Below are positions 15,373 through 28,664 of a DNA stretch of 64,000 bases, one piece after another; position 1 is the first letter of the stretch, and the number at the start of each line of letters is the position of its first letter. This DNA is from Eledone cirrhosa. Lineage: Eukaryota. The notes beneath the pieces are model-generated. The model worked only from the letters and a program-made list of their open reading frames with translations. It was not told where the DNA came from and did no database searches. The position numbers were made by a program, and so were the translations under genes. The DNA lies in assembly GCA_964016885.1 (NCBI GenBank), contig OZ024763.1, positions 16,988,001-17,052,000 on the forward strand, given 5' to 3'.

Positions 15373-15539
15373 ATATATAAATATCAATAGTGTATATGTT
15401 AGTTGTGTGTAAATATATATATTAGTATTATATAAATTAGTTGTGTGTATATATATATTGTATATATTAGTTGTGTATATATAAATATTAGTATTGTATA
15501 TATCAGTTGTGTATATATAAATATTAGTATTGTATATAT

Positions 15540-15582
<43 letters not shown>

Positions 15583-16142
15583 ATGTTCAAGACCACACTT
15601 CCTTCATTAAATATATATATATACAACTAATATATATTAGTTGTGTATATATATATACAACTAATATATATTATGTGTATATATTTTCATGTGTATATAT
15701 TTTCTGTAAGAATTATGAGCAGTGCTGTATGTCCCTCTCAGCTAAATAAGTTATAGCTCAGAGGCACACACCCTCGGGAATCTCATTTAAAAAAAGATAT
15801 TTTTTATCTTAGCATTAGTTTTTATTCTTTAACACTAAATCATCAAAAGTTATATATCATCATCATCATCATCATTTAACGTCTATCTTCTACGCTAGCA
15901 TGGGTTAGACGGGAAAGCGATAGGACTTTATTTCACGTTTTTTTTCTTCACTTCATAGATAACGTTTGTTTTTAAAATGAAATCATGTTTACATTCAATA
16001 AAATCTATCAGAGAGCAGACGATACTTGGACATTTTCCCCTCTTCGGCCTGACAGTCAGCGAAGTGTTTTAAACGAATTCGCAGGCTATCAGTTTCTCTA
16101 TTTGTTTTGAACCTTCAAAATCCCTCGGAAATTATTATCATT

Positions 16143-16330
16143 ATTTGTTTCTACTTTAGGCACAAGGCCAGCAATTACCCAGTGCATTACTGGTACTTTA
16201 TTTTATCGACCCCGTAAGGATGAAAGGCAAAGTCAACCTCGGCGGGATTTGAACTCAGATCGTAAAGGGACGTAACTACGCTGGAAAGCATGGCGTCCGA
16301 CCCTCTACCGATACTGCCAATCCACCGCCT
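16143..16330 (-). mobile_element. tRNA-derived SINE
   Basis: Full-length copy flanked by a TTATTATCATTATT duplication. Confidence 0.88.
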
Positions 16331-16346
16331 TATTATCATTATTATT

Positions 16347-17125
16347 AGATTGGCAGTATCGTTAGAGCGACAGACACCATGCTTTGCAGCATAGAGTTAT
16401 GGCCCTTTACGTTCTGAGTTCAAATCCCACGGCGATTAACTTTGCCTTTCATCCTTATTACGGGGGTCGATGAAATAAAGTACCAGTAATGTACTGGAGT
16501 AATTGCTGGCCTTGTGCCAAAAAGTAGAAACAATTATTATTAGATTGGCAGTATCTTTAGAGCGACAGACACCATGCTTTGCAGCATAGAGTTATGGCCC
16601 TTTACGTTATGAGTTCAAATCCCACGGCGATTAACATTGCCTTTCATCCTTATTACGGGGGTCGATGAAATAAAGTACCAGTAATGTACTGGGGTAATTG
16701 CTGGCCTTGTGCCAAAAAGTAGAAACAATTATTATTAGATTGGCAGTATCGTTAGAGCGACAGACACCATGCTTTGCAGCATAGAGTTATGGCCCTTTAC
16801 GTTCTGAGTTCAAATCCCACGGCGATTAACTTTGCCTTTCATCCTTATTACGGGGGTCGATGAAATAAAGTACCAGTAATGTACTGGGGTAATTGCTGGC
16901 CTTGTGCCAAAAAGTAGGAACAATTATTATTATTTGTGACTTGGCAGTATCGGTAGAGGGTCGGACGCCATGCTTTGACGCATAGAGTTACGGCCCTTGC
17001 CATTCTGAGTTCAAATCCCGCCGAGGTTAACTTTGCCTTTCATCCTTACGGGGTCGATAAAATAAAGTACCAGTAATGTACTGGGATAATTGCTGGCCTT
17101 GTGCCAAATGTAGAAACAATTATTA
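16347..17125 (+). mobile_element. tandem array of four ~195-bp SINE copies
   Basis: Three near-identical units plus one distinct copy. Confidence 0.88.
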
Positions 17126-17159
17126 TTTGTTTTTAAAAATTAAATTGTGGAGAATTCCG

Positions 17160-18760
17160 AAGGTTAACACCGCTCCCCATCCTAAAAAAATTAAGAACGA
17201 ACGATTAAGAATTTCTGATTGAAAAATTTTATAAGAAAAATCATACATTTCACCTCTGAAGCGAGACAGGTGTAAATAATAATTAAAAAATAATAATTTC
17301 TATGTGAATTAATGCAATTATTATATTTTTACGGGTGTTCGTTAGATTAAACGAGAATTGACGAGACTTCATTATGTAAAGAATATTATGGCTATATTTT
17401 ATACATGGTTGAAGATTGATGGGTGTGGCGCTCTATTGCATAGAATTTACTTTATTTGTCACCCAGAAAAAGGGTTAAAAAGTGACCCATACCTTTATAT
17501 AATGGAAAGACTATCATCTGGTGAAGTTTTGGTGTATGTTTACACCATTTTGTTTGTTTTACACGTCACCCAGAAAAAGTGTAAAACCACCCCAACCCAA
17601 ATGGTCCAATATTTTATATAATGGCAAGCTCATCATCTTGTGTTTACAGCATACAATTTACTTTATACGACACCCAGAAAAAAGGGGGAAAACACCCCAA
17701 CACAAACGACCCAATCTTTAATATAATGGCAAGACCATCTTGTGTTTACAGCATACAATTTGTTTTATATGTCACCCAGAAAAATTGGAAAAAAAACACC
17801 CCAACACAAACGACCCAGTCTTTTATATAATGGCAAGACTATCACCTGCTGTTTATAGTTTACAATTTACTTCATGTCACCCAGAAACAGGGAAATGACG
17901 ACCCAGTTCTTTATATACGTGCAAGACGATAATCTTGGTGGAGTTTGGGGTCTGTCTACTGCATACAAGCTGTTTTATTTGTCGTCCAGAAAAAAAAAGG
18001 CCCAAATAGCCTAAAAATTAATAATGAACGATTAATAATTTCAGAGGAAAACATTGATTGAAAATAATTGATAAGAAAAATAATAAATTTCACCTCTGAA
18101 GCGAGACAGGTGTAAATAATAATTAAAAACTAATTTCTATGTGAATTAATGCAAAGACAATCATCTGAAGTTTGAGGGTGTGTTTACTCTTTACTATATA
18201 TGTCGCCTAGAAAAATGAAAGAAATCTCCAAGTCCTTTATATAATGACAAGACAATCATCTGAAGTTTTGGGATGTGTTTACAATTTACTATATATGTCA
18301 GCCAGAAAAAGTATTTTTAAAAAAATGACCCAATCTTTTATATTGTATAATGGCGAGCTGGATCGAAGTTTTGTGAATGTGTTTACTGTTTACAATTTAC
18401 TATATATGTCGCCAAGAAAAGGATTAAAAAAAAATGACCTAATCTTTTATACTGTATAATGGAAAATGGGATCGAAGTTTTGGGATGTGTTTACTATTTA
18501 CAATTTACTATATATGTCATCCAGAAAAATGATTTTAAAAACAAATGACCTAGTCTTGTATACTTGTATAATGGCGAGCGGGATCAACGAAGCGGACTGA
18601 CCCTTAAGTTTCATTTATGGTGGTGACATGTGGAATATATTTACTTAAATTTTTATTATAATATAAAATACATCATCTGGTGAACTTTTGGATGCGTTTA
18701 CGGCTTACAATTTACTTCATGTCAACCAGAAAAAGGAAAAGGAAATGGCCCTGTCTTTTA
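17160..18760. repeat. old degenerate ~120-bp tandem repeat region
   Basis: Recurrent TACAATTTACT..GTCACCCAGAAAAA..ACCCA..TATAATGGC; 17190-17315 is duplicated at 18020-18152. Confidence 0.65.
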
Positions 18761-19184
18761 CGAGATTGTATTGGTATATACAATAGACAAGCACCTAGTG
18801 TACCTACATGTAAGTCAAATAGTTTTATTGTAGTTTTCAGTACTTTTTGATTATTATATAATCCCCACCGAGGTTAACTTTGCCTTTCATCCTTACGGGG
18901 TCGATAAAATAAAGTACCAGTAATGTACTGGGTTGATTTTATCAATTTCCCCTTCAAATTGCTGGTTTCGCGTCAAATGGAGAAACAGCAGTTATATATT
19001 TTTTCAATGACACTTTACCAGATTCTTAACGTTTCAACAATACCTTTCTAATTACTCTTTTACCTGTTCTAATTACTGTTACCTGTTCATGGCTGAGGCC
19101 ATGCTGGGACACCGCTCTTGTAAACATTTATTTGAAATTCTCTAATATAAATATATATGTGTATGTATGTATACGTGTATATCA

Positions 19185-19707
19185 CCCTCCTCACCAAGGT
19201 TTCTTGGTGAAGAGGGTGACTTTGGACATCCTGCAGGACTAAAAACAAAACCTGTCAAAGGGCAAAGGAGCTCTTAAGAGTCAATGGTCATCCAAAATCA
19301 CCGGGAGAGATGACCCCTTAGCCTTTGTCAAGGCAGAATTCTAGGAGAAGGAAAACTCTGATATAACACCTGCAACCCTGATGGTATCCAATGATGTTGA
19401 CTTGTTCTTCTTTTTGGTAAATATCATCTTGGTTAAGAGAGTGGGACTGGCTTTGTGCAGTGCCTTTGTTCACTATAAAAGCCTCACGGCACAGGCATTG
19501 CATTATATCTGGAGATCTCTCTGCACTTGTCATCACATGGTACCATGGGCCCAGCACTATGTCTCAATAATTGTCACAGGTGTAGTGTTTGTACCAGAGT
19601 TTTCAAGTCGCTAGCTGGACTAAAAAGTCACACTCGTTCAGCGCATCGGTAGGGGTTCTCCTACATGGATATAAAGTAGTGGCCGTACTCGAAAACGAGT
19701 TGGCAGC

Positions 19708-19710
<3 letters not shown>
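19185..19710 (+). mobile_element. non-autonomous RTE-derived element ending in (TA)n
   Basis: RTE-like 5' UTR motif CTAGGAGAAGGAAAACTCTG; the 3' part encodes a C2H2 remnant CSVCTRVFKSLAGLKSHTRSAH. Confidence 0.78.
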
Positions 19711-19751
<41 letters not shown>

Positions 19752-20341
19752 CTTCCGGTACCTAGGAGATCAGATTAGCATGGGAGGGGAGTGTTCCGAG
19801 GCCATAGTATCTGGAATAAGGACGGGTTGGAAGAAGTTTAGGGAGCTGCTTCCTCTGCTGACGAAGAAGGGTTTCTCCCTGCGTACGAAAGGCCGGTTAT
19901 ATGATGCCTGTGTGAGGAGCGCGATGCTGCATGGTAGTGAGACATGGGCAGCAACTGCAGAGGATATGCGACGGCTGGAGAGAAATGAGGCAAGCATGCT
20001 CCGTTGGATGTGCAATGTCAATGTGCGTGAACGACCCAGCATGGATGTGTTGAGAGGGATAGAATGTAGTGTGCGAGAGAGGAGACTGAGGTGGCATGGA
20101 CGTGTGATGCGCATGGAAGATGACCGATGGGTGAAGAAGTGCCAGGAAATGCCAGTTGAAGGAAGACGTGGTAGAGGTAGACCACGAAAAAACATGGGCG
20201 GAGGTGGTGAGAACAGATTTCAGATCATTGAAGCTCACGGTGGAGATGACGAAGGACCGTGACGAGTGGGGAGATGCTGTGCCGAATAGGACCCGTCCCA
20301 CCCTTGCGAGCAGGGAAAAGTGGGCGTAAAATGATGATGAT
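19752..20341 (+). mobile_element. 5'-truncated RTE/BovB-like LINE (ORF C-terminus, frameshifted)
   Basis: GWKKFRELLPLL..KGRLYDACVRSAMLHGSETW..RLRWHGRVMR..GRRGRGRPRK; (GAT)n tail. Confidence 0.93.
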
Positions 20342-20698
20342 AAAAATATTTTTCTCATGACATGCTGAACCCAACGAAACTTTGTTTATATCACTGTTGT
20401 AATTATTTAAATTAAACTCGTCCTATGTATTGAGTGCTCTTACTCTTGGATATTTCCACTTAACTTTATATATATATATGAATTCGGATCTAGCACTTGA
20501 AACGGCCGGAGCTCAGCCGTCGGGGTCATGAATTTATATATTTATATATATATAATATAAACAATGAGTTATTTGGTTTGTTGATTATTCAACAGAGTTA
20601 ATTTACAACAGATTAGAAGCACTCAACGGATTTATCCGGAGTACCATTAATATCAATAATATTAACAAATGGAAAATATCTTTATAAAACCATATTTA

Positions 20699-20755
20699 TT
20701 TTATTATACGTATTTCAAGGGTACTAATATTTAAGTACGCTTTCATCAGATAAAA
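20699..20755 (-). ncRNA. type I hammerhead ribozyme, family F
   Basis: TTTTAT-CTGATGA-AAG c GTACT..AGTAC c CTT-GAAA TACGTA T-A-ATAAAA. Confidence 0.85.
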
Positions 20756-20826
20756 TATAATAATTGGTGTAAAGATACTGTCATATCTTCATGTGAACTT
20801 AATGTTATAAGTTCAATGAAGATAGT

Positions 20827-20864
<38 letters not shown>

Positions 20865-20967
20865 GAAGTTATATTTAATTTGTTGGGATTCCAACAAGCT
20901 TAAAAGTTTATAACTGATATAAAGCACTGAACAGTTTACTGGAGTAAATATTCAATATATTAATAAA

Positions 20968-21026
20968 TTTATTATATATATTTCAAGGGCAACCAAGGCA
21001 ATCTTGGTGCGCTTTCATCAGATAAA
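20968..21026 (-). ncRNA. type I hammerhead ribozyme, family F
   Basis: TTTAT-CTGATGA-AAGcGCACCAAG..CTTGGTtGCcCTT-GAAA TATATA T-A-ATAAA; helix II differs in sequence from 20699 but stays paired. Confidence 0.85.
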
Positions 21027-21094
21027 ATACAAGATTTGTTTTATAAATATTGACATAACCGTGGAAAAACAACCTTGACGGTTGAAAGTTCGTT

Positions 21095-21147
<53 letters not shown>

Positions 21148-21227
21148 TTATATATATATAACAATTAGTTTATCGCTCTACATGGCTGAATACAAGAAAT
21201 GCCAGCGGCCCACGTTGTGTGTGTGTG

Positions 21228-21290
<63 letters not shown>

Positions 21291-21454
21291 GATATGACTT
21301 TATATATATTAAAGGGTAAAGACTCCCTTCGCATTAAGAAAACAAGGACGGCACAGGACAAAATATGGAGTGTGTTGGTGTGGGAGGGTTTGCGTGTAAA
21401 CAGATTTAATACAATAAAAATATTAAAAATGGGTCTTCTTCAATAGGGAGGTGC

Positions 21455-24400
21455 TGTGTGTTGTATGAGGTCCTAGATGTGTGTATTACCTGCTTGTGTG
21501 TTGTATGTGGTCCTAGATGTGTGTATATCCTGCGTATGTGTTGTATGTGGTCCTAGATGTGTGTATTACCTGCTTGTGTGTTGTATGTGGTCCTAGATGT
21601 ATGTATTACCTGCTGTGTGTTGTATGTGGTCCTAGATGTGTGTATATCCTGCTTGTGTGTTGTATGTGGTCCTAGATGTGTGTATTACCTGCTTGTGTGT
21701 TGTATGTGATCCTAGATGTGTGTATATCCTGCTTGTGTGTTGTATGTGATCCTAGATGTGTGTATTTCCTGCTTGTGTGTTGTATGTGGTCCTAGATGTG
21801 TGTATTACCTGCTTGTGTGTTGTATGTGATCCTAGATGTGTGTATATCCTGCTTGTGTGTTGTATGTGGTCCTAGATGTGTGTATATCCTGCTTGTGTGT
21901 TGTATGTGGTCCTAGATGTGTGTATTACCTGCTGTGTTGTATGTGGTCCTAGATGTGTGTATATCATGCTTGTGTGTTGTATGTGGTCCTAGATGTGTGT
22001 ATTACCTGCTTGTGTGTTGTATGGGATCCTAGATGTGTGTATATGCTGCTTGTGTGTTGTATGTGGTCCTAGATGTGTGTATTACCTGCTTGTGTGTTGT
22101 ATGTGATCCTAGATGTGTGTATATCCTGCTTGTGTGTTGTATGTGGTCCTAGATGTGTGTATATCCTGCTTGTGTGTTGTATGTGGTCCTAGATGTGTGT
22201 ATATCCTGCTTGTGTGTTGTATGTGGTCCTAGATGTGTGTATATCCTGCTTGTGTGTTGTATGTGATCCTAGATGTGTGTATTACCTGCTTGTGTGTTGC
22301 ATGTGATCCTAGATGTGTGTATTACCTGCTTGTGTGTTGTATGTGGTCCTAGATGTGTGTATATCCTGCTTGTGTGTTGTATGTGATCCTAGATGTGTGT
22401 ATATCCTGCTTGTGTGTTGTATGTGGTCCTAGATGTGTGTATTACCTGCTGTGTGTTGTATGTGATCCTAGATGTGTGTATTACCTGCTTGTGTGTTGGA
22501 TGTGGTCCTAGATGTGTGTATTACCTGCTTGTGTGTTGTATGTGATCCTAGATGTGTGTATATCCTGCTTGTGTGTTGTATGTGGTCCTAGATGTGTGTA
22601 TATCCTGCTTGTGTGTTGTATGTGGTCCTAGATGTGTGTATATCCTGCGTATGTGTTGTATGTGGTCCTAGATGTGTGTATTACCTGCTTGTGTGTTGTA
22701 TGTGGTCCTAGATGTGTGTATTACCTGCTTGTGTGTTGTATGTGATCCTAGATGTGTGTATATCCTGCTTGTGTGTTGTATGTGGTCCTAGATGTGTGTA
22801 TATCCTGCTTGTGTGTTGTATGTGGTCCTAGATGTGTGTATATCCTGCTTGTGTGTTGTATGTGATCCTAGATGTGTGTATTACCTGCTTGTGTGTTGGA
22901 TGTGGTCCTAGATGTGTGTATTACCTGCTTGTGTGTTGTATGTGATCCTAGATGTGTGTATATCCTGCTTGTGTGTTGTATGTGGTCCTAGATGTGTGTA
23001 TATCCTGCTTGTGTGTTGTATGTGGTCCTAGATGTGTGTATATCCTGCGTATGTGTTGTATGTGGTCCTAGATGTGTGTATTACCTGCTTGTGTGTTGTA
23101 TGTGGTCCTAGATGTGTGTATATCCTGCTTGTGTGTTGTATGTGGTCCTAGATGTGTGTATATCCTGCTTGTGTGTTGTATGTGGTCCTAGATGTGTGTA
23201 TATCCTGCTTGTGTGTTGTATGTGGTCCTAGATGTGTGTATATCCTGCTTGTGTGTTGTATGTGGTCCTAGATGTGTGTATATCCTGCTTGTGTGTTGTA
23301 TGTGGTCCTAGATGTGTGTATATCCTGCTTGTGTGTTGTATGTGGTCCTAGATGTGTGTATTACCTGCTGTGTGTTGTATGTGGTCCTAGATGTGTGTAT
23401 ATCCTGCTTGTGTGTTGTATGTGGTCCTAGATGTGTGTATATGCTGCTTGTGTGTTGTATGTGGTCCTAGATGTGTGTATATCCTGCTTGTGTGTTGTAT
23501 GTGGTCCTAGATGTGTGTATATCCTGCTTGTGTGTTGTATGTGGGCCTAGAGGTGTGTATATCCTGCTTGTGTGTTGTATGAGGTCCTAGATGTGTGTAT
23601 TACCTGCTGTGTGTTGTATGTGGTCCTAGATGTGTGTATTACCTGCTTGTGTGTTGTATGTGGTCCTAGATGTGTGTATATGCTGCTTGTGTGTTGTATG
23701 TGGTCCTAGATGTGTGTATATCCTGCTTGTGTGTTGTATGTGGTCCTAGATGTGTGTATATCCTGCTTGTGTGTTGTATGTGGGCCTAGAGGTGTGTATA
23801 TCCTGCTTGTGTGTTGTATGTGGTCCTAGATGTGTGTATTACCTGCTTGTGTGTTGTATGTGGTCCTAGATGTGTGTATATCCTGCTTGTGTGTTGTATG
23901 TGATCCTAGATGTGTGTATTACCTGCTTGTGTGTTGTATGTGGTCCTAGATGTGTGTATATCCTGCTTGTGTGTTGTATGTGGGCCTAGATGTGTGTATT
24001 ACCTGCTGTGTGTTGTATGTGGTCCTAGATGTGTGTATATCCTGCTTGTGTGTTGTATGTGATCCTAGATGTGTGTATATCCTGCTTGTGTGTTGTATGT
24101 GGTCCTAGATGTGTGTATATCCTGCTTGTGTGTTGTATGTGGTCCTAGATGTGTGTATATCCTGCTTGTGTGTTGTATGTGATCCTAGATGTGTGTATAT
24201 CCTGCTTGTGTGTTGTATGTGGTCCTAGATGTGTGTATATCCTGCTTGTGTGTTGTATGTGGTCCTAGATGTATGTATTACCTGCTGTGTGTTGTATGTG
24301 GTCCTAGATGTATGTATTACCTGCTGTGTGTTGTATGTGGTCCTAGATGTATGTATTACCTGCTGTGTGTTGTATGTGATCCTAGATGTGTGTATATCCT

Positions 24401-24925
24401 GCTTGTGTGTTGTATGTGATCCTAGATGTGTGTATTTCCTGCTTGTGTGTTGTATGTGATCCTAGATGTGTGTATTACCTGCTTGTGTGTTGTATGTGAT
24501 CCTAGATGTGTGTATATCCTGCTTGTGTGTTGTATGTGGTCCTAGATGTGTGTATATCCTGCTTGTGTGTTGTATGTGGTCCTAGATGTGTGTATATCCT
24601 GCTTGTGTGTTGTATGTGATCCTAGATGTGTGTATTACCTGCTTGTGTGTTGTATGTGGTCCTAGATGTGTGTATATGCTGCTTGTGTGTTGTATGTGAT
24701 CCTAGATGTGTGTATATCCTGCTTGTGTGTTGTATGTGGTCCTAGATGTGTGTATATCCTGCTTGTGTGTTGTATGTGGTCCTAGATGTGTGTATATCCT
24801 GCTTGTGTGTTGTATGTGGTCCTAGATGTGTGTATTACCTGCTTGTGTGTTGTATGTGGTCCTAGATGTGTGTATTACCTGCTTGTGTGTTGTATGTGGT
24901 CCTAGATGTGTGTATATCCTGCTGT
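21455..24925. repeat. 40-bp minisatellite, ~87 units
   Basis: Unit TGTGTGTTGTATGTGGTCCTAGATGTGTGTATATCCTGCT with variants. Confidence 0.97.
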
Positions 24926-25059
24926 GTTTTTTCTCCTTTTTCTTTTTTTCCTTTCCCTTTCCTTTGTATATATTATATTTGTTTGTGTTTTCGATCTGTA
25001 AGCTTTATATTATTATATTTTTTATACAACTGTGAATAAAACAATAAGTATTCCTCTTT

Positions 25060-25665
25060 AAAGAGAGGACGACCGAGGGCTACACATGGAGACCCCAGCC
25101 CCCTTAAAACCAGGGTTGCTTTGACCGCTAGGGCAAGTGTCCCCTCGCAGTTCTTCAGCTAATATTTACAGTCATATACTTTAGACAGGTTAATAATGAA
25201 ATTTCCCCAATAAAAAACCCTCAATAAAGAGAGGACGTCCAAGGGCTACGCGTAGAAAAACCCCTTAAAACCATGGTTGTTCTGACCGCTAGGGCAAGTG
25301 TCCCCTCGCAGTTCTTCAGCTAATATTTACAGTCATATACTTTAGACAGGTTAATAATGAAATATTCCCCAATAAAAAACCCTCAATAAAGAGAGGACGT
25401 CCAAGGGCTACGCGTAGAAAAACCCCTTAAAACCATGGTTGTTCTGACCGCTAGGGCAAGTGTCCCCTCGCAGTTCTTCAGCTAATATTTACAGTCATAT
25501 ACTTTAGACAGGTTAATAATGAAATATTCCCCAATAAAAAACCCTCAATAATTAGTGTACGTCCAAGGGCTACGCCTAGAAAAATCCCTTAAAACCATGG
25601 TTGTTCTGACCGCTAGGGCAAGTGTCACCTCGCAGTTCTTCAGCTAATATTTACAGACATATACT
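25060..25665. repeat. ~163-bp tandem repeat, ~3.7 units
   Basis: Units start near 25060, 25226, 25388 and 25551. Confidence 0.92.
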
Positions 25666-25769
25666 CAAGCAGATCCTCCGTTCAATCGGACAAAGCTTGC
25701 CACTGTCGTCCATAAATAACGCAAATAAAAAAACCCGCAAATAACTCCCAAACCAGTGTATGTATGCAT

Positions 25770-25780
25770 GTATGTGTGTA

Positions 25781-25840
<60 letters not shown>

Positions 25841-25866
25841 ACGTGTGTGTATATATATATATATAA

Positions 25867-25912
<46 letters not shown>

Positions 25913-26011
25913 ACGTGTGTATATATATATATATATATTTAACGTGTGTATATATATATATATATATATATTTAACGTGTGTGTATATATATATATATAC
26001 ATATATTTAAC

Positions 26012-26056
<45 letters not shown>

Positions 26057-26058
26057 AC

Positions 26059-26090
<32 letters not shown>

Positions 26091-26226
26091 TTAACGTGTG
26101 TATATATATATATATATATATATTTAACGTGTGTGTATATATATATATATATATATTTAACGTGTGTGTATATATATATATATATATATTTAACGTGTGT
26201 GTATATATATATATATATATATTTAA

Positions 26227-26270
<44 letters not shown>

Positions 26271-26404
26271 ACGTGTGTATATATATATATATATATATAT
26301 TTAACGTGTGTGTATATATATATATATATATATTTAACGTGTGTGTATATATATATATATATATTTAACGTGTGTGTGTATATATATATATATATTTATA
26401 TGTT

Positions 26405-26435
<31 letters not shown>

Positions 26436-26442
26436 GTATATG

Positions 26443-26490
<48 letters not shown>

Positions 26491-26732
26491 TGTGTGTGTT
26501 GATACTAGTTTTCGACTGTTTTGGTTGTGTGCTAGAGTACATAAGTACTAAAAACTTATATTAGCTTCTGTGCGAGTGTGTGTGTGTCTCTGTGCGTGTG
26601 CGAGTGTGTGTGTGTGTCTGTCTCTGTGCGTGTTGCGGTAGTCAATGACAACTAGATGCAACTAAAATATACCAGCCTACCAACCAACTTCGTTGCTCTC
26701 TTTACTAGTGCGACCAACATTTACGGTATATA

Positions 26733-26784
<52 letters not shown>

Positions 26785-26786
26785 AC

Positions 26787-26832
<46 letters not shown>

Positions 26833-27160
26833 TATATATATTTAACGTGTGTATATATATATATATATATTTAACGTGTGTGTATATATATATATATTTA
26901 ACGTGTGTGTATATATATATATATTTAACGTGTGTGTATATATATATATATATATTTAACGTGTGTGTATATATATATATATTTAACGTGTGTGTATATA
27001 TATATATATATATTTAACGTGTGTGTATATATATATATATTTAACGTGTGTATATATATATATATATATTTAACGTGTGTGTATATATATATATATTTAA
27101 CGTGTGTATATATATATATATATATATATTTAACGTGTGTATATATATATATATATTTAA

Positions 27161-27191
<31 letters not shown>

Positions 27192-27424
27192 TTAACGTGT
27201 GTGTATATATATATATATTTAACGTGTGTGTGTATATATATATATATATTTAACGTGTGTGTATATATATATATATATTTAACGTGTGTGTATATATATA
27301 TATATATATATTTAACGTGTGTGTGTGTATATATATATATATATAACGTGTGTGTATATATATGTGTGTGTGTGTGTATGTATATTTAAGTGTGAATATG
27401 TATATATATATATATATACACACA

Positions 27425-27475
<51 letters not shown>

Positions 27476-27500
27476 CTGCATATATATATATATCCGTATA
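25770..27500. repeat. (TA)n-TTTAACGTGTG compound array with a unique spacer at ~26500-26730
   Basis: Direct reading. Confidence 0.92.
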
Positions 27501-27516
27501 TGTATATCTGTATATA

Positions 27517-28072
27517 TAGAATTCACAAGAATCAAAGCTATGTTCAAAGCATTTATTCACTTACAATTGTTTCATCTAAACCTAGGTTTGGAGTCTTCAG
27601 ACCATTTTTCAATGTTTGTACACATAATTGACCTCCTTTCCAACGCAAGAGACATACAGATACATATATATATATATATTGATGTACAGTGGAGTGACAT
27701 ATATTATACTATATTATGTTCAAATCCGGCCGAGGTTAACTTTGTCTTTCATCCTTACGGAGTCAATAAAATAAAGTACCAGTAATGAACTGAGTATTTG
27801 CGGGCCTTGTGCCTAAAATAGAAACAATTATTTCTGTATAGCAATTCAAAATTAAAATTAAAACAAAATTAAAACACATTCGGCAGTTAACACAGATAAT
27901 GCAAGAGGATAGTTTGTTAGTCAGATGTTTTTTTATTCACTTACAATTGTTATTTATCTTACTGGTAATAAGGTAGTAATAAATTACTGACCTTCACTGT
28001 TTAGGGTTTAAAATATACATAACTATAAAAAGTTTTAGTATATACATAACCATAAATAGTATCCTTAATACT
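27517..28072. mobile_element. rearranged family E copy with degenerate hammerhead (27557-27605, minus) and nested SINE (27717-27831)
   Basis: Homologous to 6200-6640; core intact but helix I mispaired. Confidence 0.7.
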
Positions 28073-28173
28073 ATCTGTATATATATATATATATATCTGT
28101 ATCTATCTATATATATATATATATAGAATAAGGAAAAGCGAAGTAGTTTCAGATGTTCAAGTCCTTTAATAAT

Positions 28174-28357
28174 TGTTTCTACTTTAGGCACAAGGCCAGC
28201 AATTACCCAGTACATTACTGGTACTTTATTTTATCGACCCCGTAAGGATGAAAGGCAAAGTCAACCTCGGCGGGATTTGAACTCAGATCGTAAAGGGACG
28301 TAACTATGCTGGAAAGCATAGCGTCCGACCCTCTACCGATACTGCCAATCCACCGCC
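28174..28357 (-). mobile_element. tRNA-derived SINE nested in the family G left arm
   Basis: TSD CTTTAATAAT on both sides; the right arm shows the empty site. Confidence 0.92.
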
Positions 28358-28370
28358 CTTTAATAATAAT

Positions 28371-28444
28371 GCTGTGATATATATTTCAATGACGACACTG
28401 GCCACACTGTTCTGTGTGCGAGTGTCGTGTCTTCATCAGACAGC
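28371..28444 (-). ncRNA. type I hammerhead ribozyme, family G
   Basis: Reverse complement of 28591-28664. Confidence 0.85.
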
Positions 28445-28590
28445 TTGTTACATAATAAGGTTATGTTTCCGAGGCAATCCAAATTGAATCAACATGGGAA
28501 CGGAGGAAGTTCGTGCTTTTGGGTTTTTCATCCGTTCCCATGTCGATTCAATTTGGATTGCCTCGGAAACATAACCTTATTATGTAACAA

Positions 28591-28664
28591 GCTGTCTGAT
28601 GAAGACACGACACTCGCACACAGAACAGTGTGGCCAGTGTCGTCATTGAAATATATATCACAGC
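28591..28664 (+). ncRNA. type I hammerhead ribozyme, family G
   Basis: GCTGT-CTGATGA-agac ACGACACT..CACAC agaaca GTGTG..AGTGTCGT catt-GAAA TATATA T-C-ACAGC; predicted cleavage after 28659. Confidence 0.85.

Larger units (their letters stand above)
20560..21095 (-). mobile_element. two family F PLE-like termini separated by (TA)n
   Basis: 20560-20830 and 20862-21095; each has a hammerhead and tail hairpin (20621-20642 perfect, the second mutated). Confidence 0.75.

Noticed and set aside
17250-17275. CACCT-CTGAAGC..AGGTG hairpin as a hammerhead (also 18090)
   Set aside because: No CTGANGA/GAAA core or third helix.
21455-24925. CRISPR-like regular array (also 31100, 41200, 51118)
   Set aside because: No unique spacers, no cas genes, eukaryotic context; these are plain tandem repeats.
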